From assembly GCA_052168235.1 (NCBI GenBank), contig JBQLZK010000052.1:1-53198 (forward strand): DNA of 53,198 nucleotides, given 5' to 3'. Shown here in pieces: positions 1 through 11,004 of the stretch. The DNA is from Thainema sp. (GTDB lineage: Bacteria > Cyanobacteriota > Cyanobacteriia > Phormidesmidales > Phormidesmidaceae). Numbering within the stretch: position 1 is the stretch's first letter; every line of letters begins with the position of its first letter. Made by a program: the position numbers and the translations under genes. The notes under the pieces are model-generated. The model did not search any database and was not told where the DNA came from. It worked only from the letters and a program-made list of their open reading frames with translations.

Positions 1-202
1 TGCCAGTGCGGTCATCACATTTCGCTCATCTGAGGTTTTCGGATAGGCTCTAAGCAAGCATTTCACACAAAATAAACAATGGGTTTTCAACCGGATTTCA
101 TCTACAGTTATGCGCTTAAGTAAAATCAATGTTTTTGGGAAAGCTGTGCGTAGCTTTCCCGAAAATATCCGTCCTAACCTACGGGCGTAGTGTCATTATC
201 AA

Positions 203-1723
203 TCATTGTTCTAGAGCAGATGGTTCTAGAGCAGATGCTCGTTCTAGTTGTGCTTCAGGGTTAATTGGCGTCTGGTCAACCGATGGTATCGTCTTTACAG
301 CACGCGCATCTAGCGGTGACAGATTCACCGGACGACCGGGTTGAAGACCAAGCAGGAGCTTCATCACTCGCCAGACGATAAATGGCTGAAACAGGGCTGT
401 TGGCGGTTTAACCATGTGAAACACCTCCAACAGTATGCGCTGAATGCGGGGACTGTCGGTAACCGCAATAAACAGCAGATCCAAGTAGCGATGCATCATT
501 CGTACTAGGCCACTGGGCTGTGCGCCTACGGTGGTCGGCCAGCGAAAATCTTCGCTGGTGGCCATCATCCACGGCTCCTTGAGTAAACGACCCAATTTGC
601 GGCGGAACTGGCGATCCAGTTTTGTCAGCGATCGCAGTTTTGTGTCCTGGTTTCCATTCAACGGATGCTGCTGCAGACAATCTCCCAGTAGCCTGGCACT
701 GAGGGCGGCCACAGTCATGCCCTGACCGTAAACGGGATTAAATGCACAGACCGAGTCACCCAGCGCCACCAGTCCTGCTGGAAAACGCGACAGCGCTTCA
801 TAATGACACCAGCGATTTTCGGTGCGGCGATAGGCATAGATGGGGCTAATCGGGTCAGCCGTTTCTATCATGTCTGCGATCGCAGAATGGCGTAGACTCT
901 GGGCAAATTCCATAAATCCAGCCTCATCAGTAGGCGGATAATCCCCACCCATACCCGCCAGCAGCAGCGCCCACTGATCCCGTTCCACAGGGTAAAGAAT
1001 GGCCGCACGAGAATGATGAGGTGGTTTGGCCGAGATCATGGCCACTTTCCAGTCTTGAGTCTGAGCCGCTGGAATCCTATACCAGCGTGTGCTGTAGCCC
1101 AGGAAGGAGTTAATTTTGGTTTCCTCCGGTGGCGTATAGCCCAACTCAGTCAACCACTGCGGCAGTTGTGAATTGCGCCCGCTGGCGTCAATCACCAAAT
1201 CCGTTGCCAGGGCTGAATCCTGATCGCTGTCGAGATGATGAAGCTGCACGCCAACGATCTGCGATCGCATTGTATCCGTCAGCAAGGTTTTAACTGTGGT
1301 GCGCTCCTGCCAGTCAATGCGAGGATTCTGGTGCAATCGCTGGCGCAGGTGCCACTCTAGGCAAATGCGGCTACAGGTGCGGGTCGTCAGCCCAGAATCG
1401 CTGCGTGGCATCCAGCCCTCTGGCCCTAACCAAAGGGTATCCGCTGTCCAGTCCACAGCGGGCGCACCGACATCAGCCAGATCTTGCATCAGTCCCGGAA
1501 ATAAATCTTCCAGCAGGCGCGATCCCTGAGTCAGCAGGACGTGAATCTGGCGACTTTGAGGCGTACCGGGCCGAGCCTGAGGAGCGCTAGAAATGCGATC
1601 GCGCTCCACAATCGTCACTCGATCAACGTGATCGGTCAGAACGCGAGCCGCCAGTAGACCGGCAATACCGCTACCAATAACGACAGCGTGAGAGGATTGG
1701 GGGAAATCAATTGATGGGGGCAT
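203..1723 (-). CDS. FAD-dependent monooxygenase/oxidoreductase (LasC/epoxidase-like)
   Basis: N-terminal Rossmann motif VVIGSGIAGL, VIDASGR (DG motif), and GDSVCAFNPVYGQGMT (GD motif) of flavoprotein monooxygenases. Confidence 0.85.
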   Translation of the reverse strand: MPPSIDFPQSSHAVVIGSGIAGLLAARVLTDHVDRVTIVERDRISSAPQARPGTPQSRQIHVLLTQGSRLLEDLFPGLMQDLADVGAPAVDWTADTLWLGPEGWMPRSDSGLTTRTCSRICLEWHLRQRLHQNPRIDWQERTTVKTLLTDTMRSQIVGVQLHHLDSDQDSALATDLVIDASGRNSQLPQWLTELGYTPPEETKINSFLGYSTRWYRIPAAQTQDWKVAMISAKPPHHSRAAILYPVERDQWALLLAGMGGDYPPTDEAGFMEFAQSLRHSAIADMIETADPISPIYAYRRTENRWCHYEALSRFPAGLVALGDSVCAFNPVYGQGMTVAALSARLLGDCLQQHPLNGNQDTKLRSLTKLDRQFRRKLGRLLKEPWMMATSEDFRWPTTVGAQPSGLVRMMHRYLDLLFIAVTDSPRIQRILLEVFHMVKPPTALFQPFIVWRVMKLLLGLQPGRPVNLSPLDARAVKTIPSVDQTPINPEAQLERASALEPSALEQ

Positions 1724-1877
1724 AGAATACAGTCCAGATGAGTTCGGTGAGAATCTGATGACCTGATGGCCGAGTATGCCTCCAGTTTATGCGCTAGCTT
1801 GAGCGCCTGATCTACCCCCCACGCGCCATTCTGTTGCATCTAGTTCAAGTAATTCTGCCGGAAAAGCTGGTAAATAC

Positions 1878-3503
1878 ATGTTAGAAAGTGTGCTTTGGAT
1901 TTTGTTGATGGGCTTCTTTGGCGGTCAAATTGCCCATCGCTTAAAGGCTCCGGCACTGGTTGGCATGGTGTTTGTCGGAATTTTGCTGGGGCCACAGGTC
2001 GGCAACGTCCTCAGCGCAGGCGTTCTCAATGCCGCTGACGATCTGCGCACGATCGCCGTCATGGTGATCCTGATGAAAGCAGGGCTCGGACTGGATCGCG
2101 AGAAGCTAGTTCAGCAAGGTTCGGTGGCACTGCGGCTGGGCTTTTTACCCGCTGCTTGTGAAGCGGTTGCGGTTGCGATCGCAGCCGTTATGCTCCTGGA
2201 TTTCAACTGGCCCACAGGTTTACTCCTGGGCTGCATCATCGGCGCAGAGTCACCAGCGGTGATCGTTCCCGGTATGCTGCGACTGAAGAGTTTGGGCTGG
2301 GGCGTGACCAAGGGCATTCCGGACGCGATTTTGACTGGGAGCGCCCTGTCAGATGTGTTGATGCTGCTGGTATTCAGCCTACTCCTCTCATTTTTATCCC
2401 AAGGTGCGATCGCAGGTATCACGCTACCCGGTGGCGTTACGCTCAGCAGCGTGCAGTTGCTACCAGTTCAGGTCATTGTCCAAATCGCTTTGGGCTTAGT
2501 CCTAGGCTTGCTGCTGGCGCGATTGCTCGTGTCCCTACTGGCCAAGCAGAACTGGACGCAAAATGCCGTGCAAGATGCAATTGTTGCCGCTGGCTTGGCA
2601 CTCCTGCTAGTTGTCTTTGCAGAACAATTTCCTTGGTATTCCGGCTACTTGGCAGTGATGGCTGCCGGATTTTTCCTGATTGAGCTGGATGCTCCCCTGG
2701 CGCGACGACTGCGGGGTGGCTTCGACAGCTTGTGGACAGTGGCCCAAATCATTCTCTTCGTTCTGCTGGGCGCGAGTATCCAAATTCAAGCGCTGGAAGA
2801 AACGTTTTGGGTGGGGCTGCTGATCCTGGTGATTGGGACGCTGATCGGTCGCATGATTGGCTGGTACTTGTCCACACTGGGCAGTAACTGGAACTGGCAA
2901 GAACGCTTGTTTCTACTACCGGGAAATTCCGCTAAAGCCACGGTGCAAGCCGCAATTGGTGCGATTCCCCTAGCTGCTGGTGTGGATGGAGGAGAAGAAA
3001 TACTTGCGATCGCAGCCCTTTCTATCCTGATAACTGCTCCGCTGGGCGCGTGGGCCATTCCCACGTTTGCGCCAAGGTTACTGGAACGCGGCGATGTTGA
3101 CCCTACCAAGGTGACGGTTACACGCCAAGTGACACTGCTGGCCGCTGTTGATACATCGCCACTTGCGCCAACAGTTCTCAAACAAGCGGCAGATTTGGCC
3201 CGCCGCAGCGATGGTCAGGTGGTGGTGCTGCACGTTCAGCAGGTTGACGATCCCGAAGAACTGGAACAATTACGAAACCACACCCAACGATTCTTAGGCG
3301 ATATCCGCTATCAGTTTGTCACAATTACGGGATCAATTCCGGAAGCGATTAACCAAACCGCTCAAGACTGGAACGCCACCGAAATCATCATCGGCAAACG
3401 TGGGCATCGTCCGCTAGATGAGCTATTTGTCGGATCGGTGTCGCAATCGGTTTTAGAAACGAGTCCGATTCCGGTGATGATTGTTGACGATATTACTGTC
3501 TGA
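1878..3503 (+). CDS. Cation:proton antiporter (CPA/NhaP-like) with C-terminal universal stress protein domain
   Basis: Many hydrophobic TM segments with AESPAVIVP and KATVQAAIG motifs; C-terminal USP signature LLAAVDTS...IIIGKRG...GSVSQSVL..SPIPVMIV. Confidence 0.88.
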   Translation: MLESVLWILLMGFFGGQIAHRLKAPALVGMVFVGILLGPQVGNVLSAGVLNAADDLRTIAVMVILMKAGLGLDREKLVQQGSVALRLGFLPAACEAVAVAIAAVMLLDFNWPTGLLLGCIIGAESPAVIVPGMLRLKSLGWGVTKGIPDAILTGSALSDVLMLLVFSLLLSFLSQGAIAGITLPGGVTLSSVQLLPVQVIVQIALGLVLGLLLARLLVSLLAKQNWTQNAVQDAIVAAGLALLLVVFAEQFPWYSGYLAVMAAGFFLIELDAPLARRLRGGFDSLWTVAQIILFVLLGASIQIQALEETFWVGLLILVIGTLIGRMIGWYLSTLGSNWNWQERLFLLPGNSAKATVQAAIGAIPLAAGVDGGEEILAIAALSILITAPLGAWAIPTFAPRLLERGDVDPTKVTVTRQVTLLAAVDTSPLAPTVLKQAADLARRSDGQVVVLHVQQVDDPEELEQLRNHTQRFLGDIRYQFVTITGSIPEAINQTAQDWNATEIIIGKRGHRPLDELFVGSVSQSVLETSPIPVMIVDDITV

Positions 3504-3508
3504 TAACG

Positions 3509-5296
3509 TCAGCAATTTTCAAATTTAGTTTGCTCTAATCCTTTCTCTAGCAAACGGCCTGCTTCACAACTATTTACAGGTTTTGAGAACAAGAAACCTT
3601 GCCCATAATCACATTTTCGCTCTTTAAGCCAGGTCAAATGACGGATTTTTTCTATACCTTCTGCGACCACTTTCACCTTAAGGCTATGTGCTAATCCAAT
3701 GATCGATTGGGTGACATTGAAGCTAGTATTTGGATTATTATCATCAATCTCAGAAATAAATGATTTATCGATTTTAAGAGTGTCGATTGGAAGCTTATTG
3801 AGATAGGTCAAAGATGAATAACCAGTGCCAAAATCATCAATAGCTAGCTGTATCCCTAAATCTTTCAGTTGATGAAATATTTTGATAGAGTTCGATACAC
3901 TTTCCATGATTGTACTTTCTGTAATCTCAAGCTTGAGCTTGTAAGGATTAATATCATATTTTTGAATAACTTCTTTCACCTGCTCGACTAGCTCAGCACC
4001 TACTAGCTGTTTAGTAGAAACATTGACATGGATTGAACAGGCAGTTGAAACATTGAGATTTTGTTGCCAATAGTTTAGTTGTTTACAGGCTTGATTAAGC
4101 ACCCAACCACCAATATCGCAAATTAAATTTGTCTCTTCAGCAATGGGAATAAAAACTTCAGGGCTAATAAAGCCAAGCTCTGGATGATTCCATCTAATTA
4201 GTGCTTCAAATCCAACAATCTTATAATCATAAAGGGATACAATTGGCTGATAGTAAAGCTGTAGATCCTGATTCTTTGCAGCTTTTCTTAAGTCGTTATC
4301 CAACTGGAGGCTTTTGATAGCCTGTTGATGCATCTCTTGATCGAAAACAACAAATTTTGATCTGCCCGTGGTTTTGGCACGATACATTGCTATGTCTGCA
4401 TCTCTCATGAGTTCTTCTACAGATTGATAGTTAAGGGAACTCATGGCTAAACCAATACTAATACTGCAGTAAAGCTCATGCGAATCGATTTTTAATGGCC
4501 TTGTTAAATAGTCCTGCAGTCTCTCTACAATAGTGATAGCTTGATCCAGCGTTTCTAGCTTGTCGAGTAATATTGCGAACTCATCGCCTCCTAAACGCGC
4601 AACCATATCAGCATTACGTACAAACTTACCCAGCGCTTGGGCAATCTGAATTAAGAACTTGTCCCCTATCAAATGTCCCAAGCTATCATTGATCATCTTA
4701 AATCGATCGACATCAATGAAGAGAACGGCGAAATTATGATTTTCTTCTATATTTTTTCTAAACTCTAATGTTCTTTTAACTCTATTCAAAAAAGATTCTC
4801 TACTGGCAAGACCAGTTAGTTCATCGATAAACGGATTTTTTTGTGTATGAGTAGAAGTTGTTTCTATAGGCTCTTTTAGGTTAACATTTTCGCTTTTCAA
4901 GTTATGAATAGACGCACCTGACACAAAAGAAACTAGATTAGAAACGAAGTTTTCAAATAGCTGATTTTGTTCTAGGATCAACTTCTGATCAAAAAATATT
5001 GCATGAACTCCTTTTTGAAAAGTGACTATATCGAGCTGGTTTAATTTATGAACTAAAACCCTCTGACCGTTCACAAGCAAACCATTTGTACTCGTGCGAC
5101 CTTCTAAATCACCGTCGATTATCCACAGGTAGCCATCGGAAAAGTAAACAGTTGCATGACATCTTGATACACCTTTGGATGTGAGAGTTATATTATCTCT
5201 TATACTGCGACCAATAGTGAAGGGAGTATTTTTTATTTTTTCAATATAATTCTTTTTGCTTTCTTTTACGACAAAAAAATAGTTATGGTCATTCAT
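3509..5296 (-). CDS. FHA-GGDEF-EAL c-di-GMP signalling protein
   Basis: FHA motifs (IGR, VSRCHA, STNG); RNAD I-site followed by GGDEF; FEALIRW and DDFGTGYSS EAL motifs. ATG at 5296 preferred over TTG at 5308. Confidence 0.9.
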   Translation of the reverse strand: MNDHNYFFVVKESKKNYIEKIKNTPFTIGRSIRDNITLTSKGVSRCHATVYFSDGYLWIIDGDLEGRTSTNGLLVNGQRVLVHKLNQLDIVTFQKGVHAIFFDQKLILEQNQLFENFVSNLVSFVSGASIHNLKSENVNLKEPIETTSTHTQKNPFIDELTGLASRESFLNRVKRTLEFRKNIEENHNFAVLFIDVDRFKMINDSLGHLIGDKFLIQIAQALGKFVRNADMVARLGGDEFAILLDKLETLDQAITIVERLQDYLTRPLKIDSHELYCSISIGLAMSSLNYQSVEELMRDADIAMYRAKTTGRSKFVVFDQEMHQQAIKSLQLDNDLRKAAKNQDLQLYYQPIVSLYDYKIVGFEALIRWNHPELGFISPEVFIPIAEETNLICDIGGWVLNQACKQLNYWQQNLNVSTACSIHVNVSTKQLVGAELVEQVKEVIQKYDINPYKLKLEITESTIMESVSNSIKIFHQLKDLGIQLAIDDFGTGYSSLTYLNKLPIDTLKIDKSFISEIDDNNPNTSFNVTQSIIGLAHSLKVKVVAEGIEKIRHLTWLKERKCDYGQGFLFSKPVNSCEAGRLLEKGLEQTKFENC

Positions 5297-5493
5297 GGCG
5301 CAGATCAAATAGGTTCAGATCAGTAAAGCTCTGAGCTAATGCAATGTTGAAATCGATGCACTTACGTTTTGATTTTTGATTAGGTCAAGAACTGAAGATC
5401 ATTAGTTCTGTTTATAGCTCATAGCTTAGTATTCCCATAATGCTGTAACTGATATCACGAGCGATACAAGCTAAAGCTAGAAACCAATAAATT

Positions 5494-6276
5494 TTACTGT
5501 TGTTGATTCAGCGCATCCTGCCGCACTTTATCTAGCACCTTGATTTGTGGTTTTGATAGACCCGCTTTGATTAAATGACTGAGGTAAGACTTATCGCGAT
5601 ATCGGTTATCACGAAACATCGCCCGATCATAGGCTGCCTGAGCCGCTTCCATGTCGCCGCCGCCAGCTTCGGCCAACGCCAGCGCCACCCAGGTATGGGG
5701 ATTGTAGGCTTCTAGCTCGGTAGCACGCTGAGCATGTTGAATCGCGGCATCATAATCCTTCAGTCGCTCATAGGCCAAGCTGAGGTTGTAGTGAGCAATT
5801 TCGTTGTATTCATTGAATTTAAGCGCTTGGGTATGAGTTGCCACCGCATCGTTGAGCGCATCCTGCACCAGGTAAACAATCCCGAGCGCATTCAGAGCCT
5901 CGATATTCGTCTCATCGTACTGAAGGGCAGTCTTCAGAGTGTTGGTCGCCTGCTCGCCCTGCCCTGCCAAATGCTGTGTCCAGCCCAGCACTACATAGCC
6001 ATAGGAGTTAAACGGATCGATTGCCACAGCCTGCTTGAGAGTTGCGATCGCATCCTCAAAATTTCCCTGCTCCCGATAATCTAGCCCCCGCTGCCGATAA
6101 ATACTGGCAGTGGTTTCATCAATCAAAAAATCGGGATACTGCAAAACCGTGACGCTCTCAGTAGAAATTTCATGGGTTTGGAACGCCAATGGAGCCTCTT
6201 GACCACAACCCACTACGAGCAAGCATCCACTCAAAAGCGCCCGAAATCCCCACCGTGCCTGATGTGTCAGCACCAT
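5494..6276 (-). CDS. Tetratricopeptide-repeat lipoprotein
   Basis: Lipobox LVVGC; repeated 34-aa TPR patterns (ALNALGIVY, AHYNLSLAY). Confidence 0.8.
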   Translation of the reverse strand: MVLTHQARWGFRALLSGCLLVVGCGQEAPLAFQTHEISTESVTVLQYPDFLIDETTASIYRQRGLDYREQGNFEDAIATLKQAVAIDPFNSYGYVVLGWTQHLAGQGEQATNTLKTALQYDETNIEALNALGIVYLVQDALNDAVATHTQALKFNEYNEIAHYNLSLAYERLKDYDAAIQHAQRATELEAYNPHTWVALALAEAGGGDMEAAQAAYDRAMFRDNRYRDKSYLSHLIKAGLSKPQIKVLDKVRQDALNQQQ

Positions 6277-6371
6277 CTCAACTGCCTACTGCATTCTATG
6301 AACTCCATTCCCAATTTTTGCAGTAATCAGTCGCCCCTCGTCTACTCCTCTACGTCAAATTTTTGAAACTC

Positions 6372-6893
6372 TCACAGCACTCTTTGCGCCAGCGACTTTT
6401 GCAAAAACCACAGGCCGATGGTTCCAGACGATGCAATCCAGAGATTGACGCCTAACTGCGAGCGCCCGCTGATCATGCACAGACTGCCAGTGACGACCAG
6501 AAACGCCGACATCGTACCCGCAATTCCCACCATCAGCCGCATCATTGACTGCGCCTGCATCACCCACTCCAGCAGTTCCTCCGGCTGATCTAGCGGTACA
6601 TCGGCCCGTTGAGCCAGTTGAAAGGATTTATACTTCGTCGCCTCAATGTGGTAGTACGTGCCCAATTCCGGATCGCGTAGGCTGGCATCCGACTCTAGAC
6701 CAAACTGCTTGGCCTGTGCGATCGCAGCCCGAATTTGCTTTTTAGTCGCTAGCGGCTGTAGCGCTTCAAACACGGATTCGCGGTAAACCCCCGTCTTCGC
6801 CATTGCCAGCACCCGTTCAGTCAGTTCCATCTCTGATAGCTCTGCTCCTGCCAGTGCTGCCGTCCCAGATTGCGATCGCGTCGTTGTGCTCAT
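6372..6893 (-). CDS. Hypothetical protein with two C-terminal TM helices
   Basis: 173-aa ORF with host-like composition and HIP1 sites; hydrophobic C-terminus. Confidence 0.7.
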   Translation of the reverse strand: MSTTTRSQSGTAALAGAELSEMELTERVLAMAKTGVYRESVFEALQPLATKKQIRAAIAQAKQFGLESDASLRDPELGTYYHIEATKYKSFQLAQRADVPLDQPEELLEWVMQAQSMMRLMVGIAGTMSAFLVVTGSLCMISGRSQLGVNLWIASSGTIGLWFLQKSLAQRVL

Positions 6894-7092
6894 AGTAGTA
6901 CTGATGCCAATGCTGCGATAATAATTCTGTACTAATTTGCTTATTGTAAAGCGTTTTGTCCCAAGTGGAGCACTTTAGTTTTCTGCCACAGGTTTACCCT
7001 CACTCCTCACGCCGCACCTCTTCCCCCGCTTGTAATCCCCTCCCCCAAACCGCTACGCTAAATGCGTGAATCTTGGATGTTTGAGGATTGAT

Positions 7093-8202
7093 ATGGCTGG
7101 GTCAACGATTCGTGTCGCGGTAGTTGGAACTGGATTTGGACAGAAGATTCATCTACCAGGGTTCCAAGCTCATCATCGGACTCAGGTGGTCGCGGTTTGC
7201 AATCACGACTTAGCTAAAGCCAGGGACATTGCCCAGGCACATGATATTTCCCATGCCTGCCAAACGGTTGAAGAAGTCGTAGCGCTGCCAGATGTCGATG
7301 CGGTGAGCATCACCACGCCTCCCTTTTTGCACTATCCGCAGGCGAAAACCGTTCTGGAAGCGGGCAAGCATGTGCTGCTAGAGAAACCAACCACGCTAAA
7401 TGTGACTGAGGCGCTGGAGCTGTATCGGTTGGCTCAGCATAAAAATGCGATCGCAGGTTTGGATTTTGAATTTCGATTCGCTCCCTCCTGGCAGCGGCTG
7501 CATGAACTGCTGCGAGAGAATTACGTGGGGACGAAGCGATTTATCAGCATTGACTGGCTGGTGCCGGGTCGCGCCGATCCAAATCGTAGCTGGAACTGGT
7601 ACGCCCAAAAGGAGAAAGGCGGTGGCGCACTAGGCGCGGTCGGGTCGCACATTTTTGATTATGTAGACTGGCTGTTTGGCAGAGTTGATCGGCTGTCGGC
7701 GCGGCTGAAAACGACAATTCCTCAGCGTCCTGATCCGCAGACGGGCGAGTGGAAAGCGGCGGATTCGGATGATGTCTGCTCGATTCAAATGGATTTAGCA
7801 GATGGAACGCTCTGCCAGGTCAATCTCAGCTCTGCCACCTATGCAGCACGAGGACACTGGGTAGAAGTCTATGGCGATCGCGGCACCTTGGTTCTGGGTA
7901 GCGATAACCTCAGCGACTACGTCCACGGTTTTAAGCTCTATGGCGCACCAGCGGGTGAGGAACTCAAAGAACTCGAAATTCCGGAGCGGCTGCATTTCCC
8001 GAAAACCTACAGTGATGGTCGGCTTGCACCGTTTATTCGCGTCGTGAATCACTGGGTTGAGTGTATCGACGCAGGCCAAATGACCGCCCCATCGCTGCGG
8101 GAAGGCGTTTACTCGCAATTACTGATGGATTTAACTCACCGCTCAAATGAAACAAACGCTTGGATCGATGTGCCGCCCTTCGAGCAATTTATTGACAGTT
8201 AA
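7093..8202 (+). CDS. Gfo/Idh/MocA family NAD(P)-dependent oxidoreductase
   Basis: VAVVGTGFG Rossmann motif, GKHVLLEKP, GGGALGAVGSHIFD; ATG 7093 follows GAGGA. Confidence 0.9.
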   Translation: MAGSTIRVAVVGTGFGQKIHLPGFQAHHRTQVVAVCNHDLAKARDIAQAHDISHACQTVEEVVALPDVDAVSITTPPFLHYPQAKTVLEAGKHVLLEKPTTLNVTEALELYRLAQHKNAIAGLDFEFRFAPSWQRLHELLRENYVGTKRFISIDWLVPGRADPNRSWNWYAQKEKGGGALGAVGSHIFDYVDWLFGRVDRLSARLKTTIPQRPDPQTGEWKAADSDDVCSIQMDLADGTLCQVNLSSATYAARGHWVEVYGDRGTLVLGSDNLSDYVHGFKLYGAPAGEELKELEIPERLHFPKTYSDGRLAPFIRVVNHWVECIDAGQMTAPSLREGVYSQLLMDLTHRSNETNAWIDVPPFEQFIDS

Positions 8203-8212
8203 GTAAAGCTTC

Positions 8213-8683
8213 ATGAAGTATGACTTTTGGGATGACTTCATCATCGAAGGGACAGAAGATTACGTTGGGCTATGGCAAATTATTAGTGGACTGAAAGAAA
8301 AGTTTCCGCAAGCAAATTCTGCAGAAATTCGCTCAATGACTGTTGAAGCCATTCGAGAGGTTCTTGAGACGGGCTTCATGCATCTTGGCATGTTTGAATC
8401 CAAGGCAGAAAAAATTTCAGAAGCGAAATCTCGCACCTACTCAAGCAGCGACGGTAATCCTCGTGAGGCTATTCAGCAACTTTGGGAACTGCATAGCGGC
8501 AAGAACTTAGAATATAAAGTTTGGGATCTCGATATCGATAGCAGCATTCAACGAATTGAAACAGAATGGGATGAACTTGGCAGAGAGCCAAATATTGGCG
8601 AAATTGCTTGGTTAGAAACCTCAGAAAAAGGTGAGAAAGAGGCGGAACGTATCCTGGAAGCGAGAAAAGCTAGCACGGATTAA
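8213..8683 (+). CDS. Acidic hypothetical protein
   Basis: 156-aa ATG ORF 10 nt after the previous stop; relatively AT-rich; no recognised enzyme motif. Confidence 0.65.
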   Translation: MKYDFWDDFIIEGTEDYVGLWQIISGLKEKFPQANSAEIRSMTVEAIREVLETGFMHLGMFESKAEKISEAKSRTYSSSDGNPREAIQQLWELHSGKNLEYKVWDLDIDSSIQRIETEWDELGREPNIGEIAWLETSEKGEKEAERILEARKASTD

Positions 8684-8727
8684 CCTAACGCGCTCAACTA
8701 TTCAAGCTGCCTTCTGCATCAATTCCT

Positions 8728-9411
8728 CTAGTTGGAAGATGCCAGCCAGTGATACTGATGGGCTAAACAGTCGGCCACTTCTTGAGGAGTCGTTTGCGGG
8801 AAGTCTTGATAAAAGCGGCTGACGCTGAAAAATGGGTCGGGCGTGGCCAGAATGATACTGCGATCGCACCATTCGTCTAGCGTGGGCAAAATCTGCGGCG
8901 GAGCGACGGGTGCGCCGACCCAAACTTGAGCTGGATGCTGAGCACGGATTGCTTTAATCGCAGCGGCAATGGTCATGCCCGTGGCGATACCATCGTCGAT
9001 GATGATGGCGATTTTGCCCGTTGGGCTGACCTGGGGCCGCAGGTTCATGAACTTATCTTCCTGCGCTTGGGCCGTTGCCTGAGCTGCCGACAGCGCAGTT
9101 TGCCAAGCGCTCGATTCCGTATTTAGGCCAATTCGTCGCGACGGATAGACGACTTGGCCGCTGGTGGTGACGGCTCCAATCGCTAACTCCGGCGCACTGG
9201 GTTCGGTGATTTTCTTGGCGACCACAATATCGAGCGGACAGGCTAAACGCTGTGCTACCTGTTCCGCAATGGGGACGCCACCTTTGGGCAATCCATAGAC
9301 AATGGGATCAGTCCAAGCTGCCCTTGCGATCGCAGCTTCTCGTTCAGCCCAAATCGCTGCTGCCAAGAGCAGTCCGGCATCAACGCGATCTTTAAATAAT
9401 GGTTGGGACAT
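8728..9411 (-). CDS. Type I phosphoribosyltransferase family protein
   Basis: FKDRVDAG N-terminus, GLPKGGVP, PRPP-binding loop IIIDDGIATGMT. Confidence 0.88.
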   Translation of the reverse strand: MSQPLFKDRVDAGLLLAAAIWAEREAAIARAAWTDPIVYGLPKGGVPIAEQVAQRLACPLDIVVAKKITEPSAPELAIGAVTTSGQVVYPSRRIGLNTESSAWQTALSAAQATAQAQEDKFMNLRPQVSPTGKIAIIIDDGIATGMTIAAAIKAIRAQHPAQVWVGAPVAPPQILPTLDEWCDRSIILATPDPFFSVSRFYQDFPQTTPQEVADCLAHQYHWLASSN

Positions 9412-9593
9412 CAGGTTCCCCCTCGCTTATCGCCTTGGGATTACCTTCATCATGCCAAGTTTTTGCCCCATTTTCCTCTCGCAGGAGGTGGAAGCAAACT
9501 AAACTAAAGGTTTTACAATAATGGCGACTTGTTTGCGAAATTGCGATCGCAGCATCTATCCCTGTCCGTACTGACCGTCACATCATCAGACTC

Positions 9594-10295
9594 ATGGCTG
9601 ACGAACAAATTAATCTATTTGGCGCTTCAGAAACCGCCGCATCCCCTAACAATATTGACCCGGATCAAATTCCGACCAGCGCCAGCGTCCCCATCCCAGC
9701 AGGCACCTACGACGACCTAGAGCAGATCGTCGTCCACTGCAACATGTGCCATCGCTGCGACTTGGGCGCAACCCGCACCCATGCCGTGGTCGGTCGCGGT
9801 AGCCCCAGTGCGCCGATCATGATTGTGGGTGAAGGCCCAGGCCAGAACGAGGATGAAACCGGACAGCCCTTTGTCGGACGGGCAGGGCAACTGCTGGAAA
9901 AAATTCTGGCAGCGGTGCAGTTAGATAGCTCAAAAGACGTATACATCTGCAACATCGTTAAGTGCCGTCCCCCCGGCAACCGCACTCCCACGGCTGATGA
10001 ATCTGCGGCCTGTCTGCCCTATCTAATGGAGCAAATTCGCATGGTCGATCCCAAAATTATTCTGCTGACGGGCGCAACCGCCGCCAAAGGCTTAATCGGC
10101 GAGAAGCGCGGCATTACCAAAATTCGCGGTCAGTGGCTTGAATGGGAGGGACGGCTCTGCATGCCGATTTTTCACCCCGCTTACCTGCTGCGGAACCCAT
10201 CCCGCGAGAAGGGCAAGCCCAAATGGCTGATGTGGCAAGATATCCAGGCCGTTCGCGCCAAGCTGGATGAGATTCGCGGCACCTCGTTGACGTGA
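9594..10295 (+). CDS. Uracil-DNA glycosylase family 4 (4Fe-4S)
   Basis: CHRC, GEGPGQNED, PFVGRAG, NIVKCRPPGNR and FHPAYLLR motifs. Confidence 0.93.
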   Translation: MADEQINLFGASETAASPNNIDPDQIPTSASVPIPAGTYDDLEQIVVHCNMCHRCDLGATRTHAVVGRGSPSAPIMIVGEGPGQNEDETGQPFVGRAGQLLEKILAAVQLDSSKDVYICNIVKCRPPGNRTPTADESAACLPYLMEQIRMVDPKIILLTGATAAKGLIGEKRGITKIRGQWLEWEGRLCMPIFHPAYLLRNPSREKGKPKWLMWQDIQAVRAKLDEIRGTSLT

Positions 10296-10419
10296 CCCTG
10301 GGAGACAAATCCAGAGACTAATGATAATCTCTGAGGGAAAACGTAATCCTTGCAACAAAATGCTCCTAGCCGACAGTGCTAGAAACGGTTGTGCTAGTGA
10401 GCATGGAAAAATACGATAA

Positions 10420-10779
<360 letters not shown>

Positions 10780-10910
10780 TCCGCTGATATAAACCTGAGC
10801 CTAATTTTTACGAAAGTTCAGCGACACTGGTCTTTCGCAAAAGATTAAAGCTTTTCTAAGCAAATTCGCTTTCGGCACCAACTGTAAGATTTGAGTATAA
10901 AAAGAGTTTG

Positions 10911-10943
10911 AAAAAGGCTGAACAAGAGTGTTCAGTCTTTTTT
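10911..10943 (+). terminator. Intrinsic terminator downstream of glnB
   Basis: AAAAAGGCTGAACA-AGAG-TGTTCAGTCTTTTT hairpin ending in a T run. Confidence 0.75.
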
Positions 10944-11004
10944 GTTGTCGCACACCACCCTCTACAGTCAGGCTGGATATTACCCTATGGGCATGACTAA
11001 ACCA

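Noticed and set aside
1..30. Start of a minus-strand gene at the window edge
   Set aside because: Only a few codons are visible and it cannot be identified
132..165. Hairpin TTTTGGGAAAGCT...AGCTTTCCCGAAAA as a riboswitch
   Set aside because: Adequately explained as the terminator of the 203-1723 gene; no aptamer consensus
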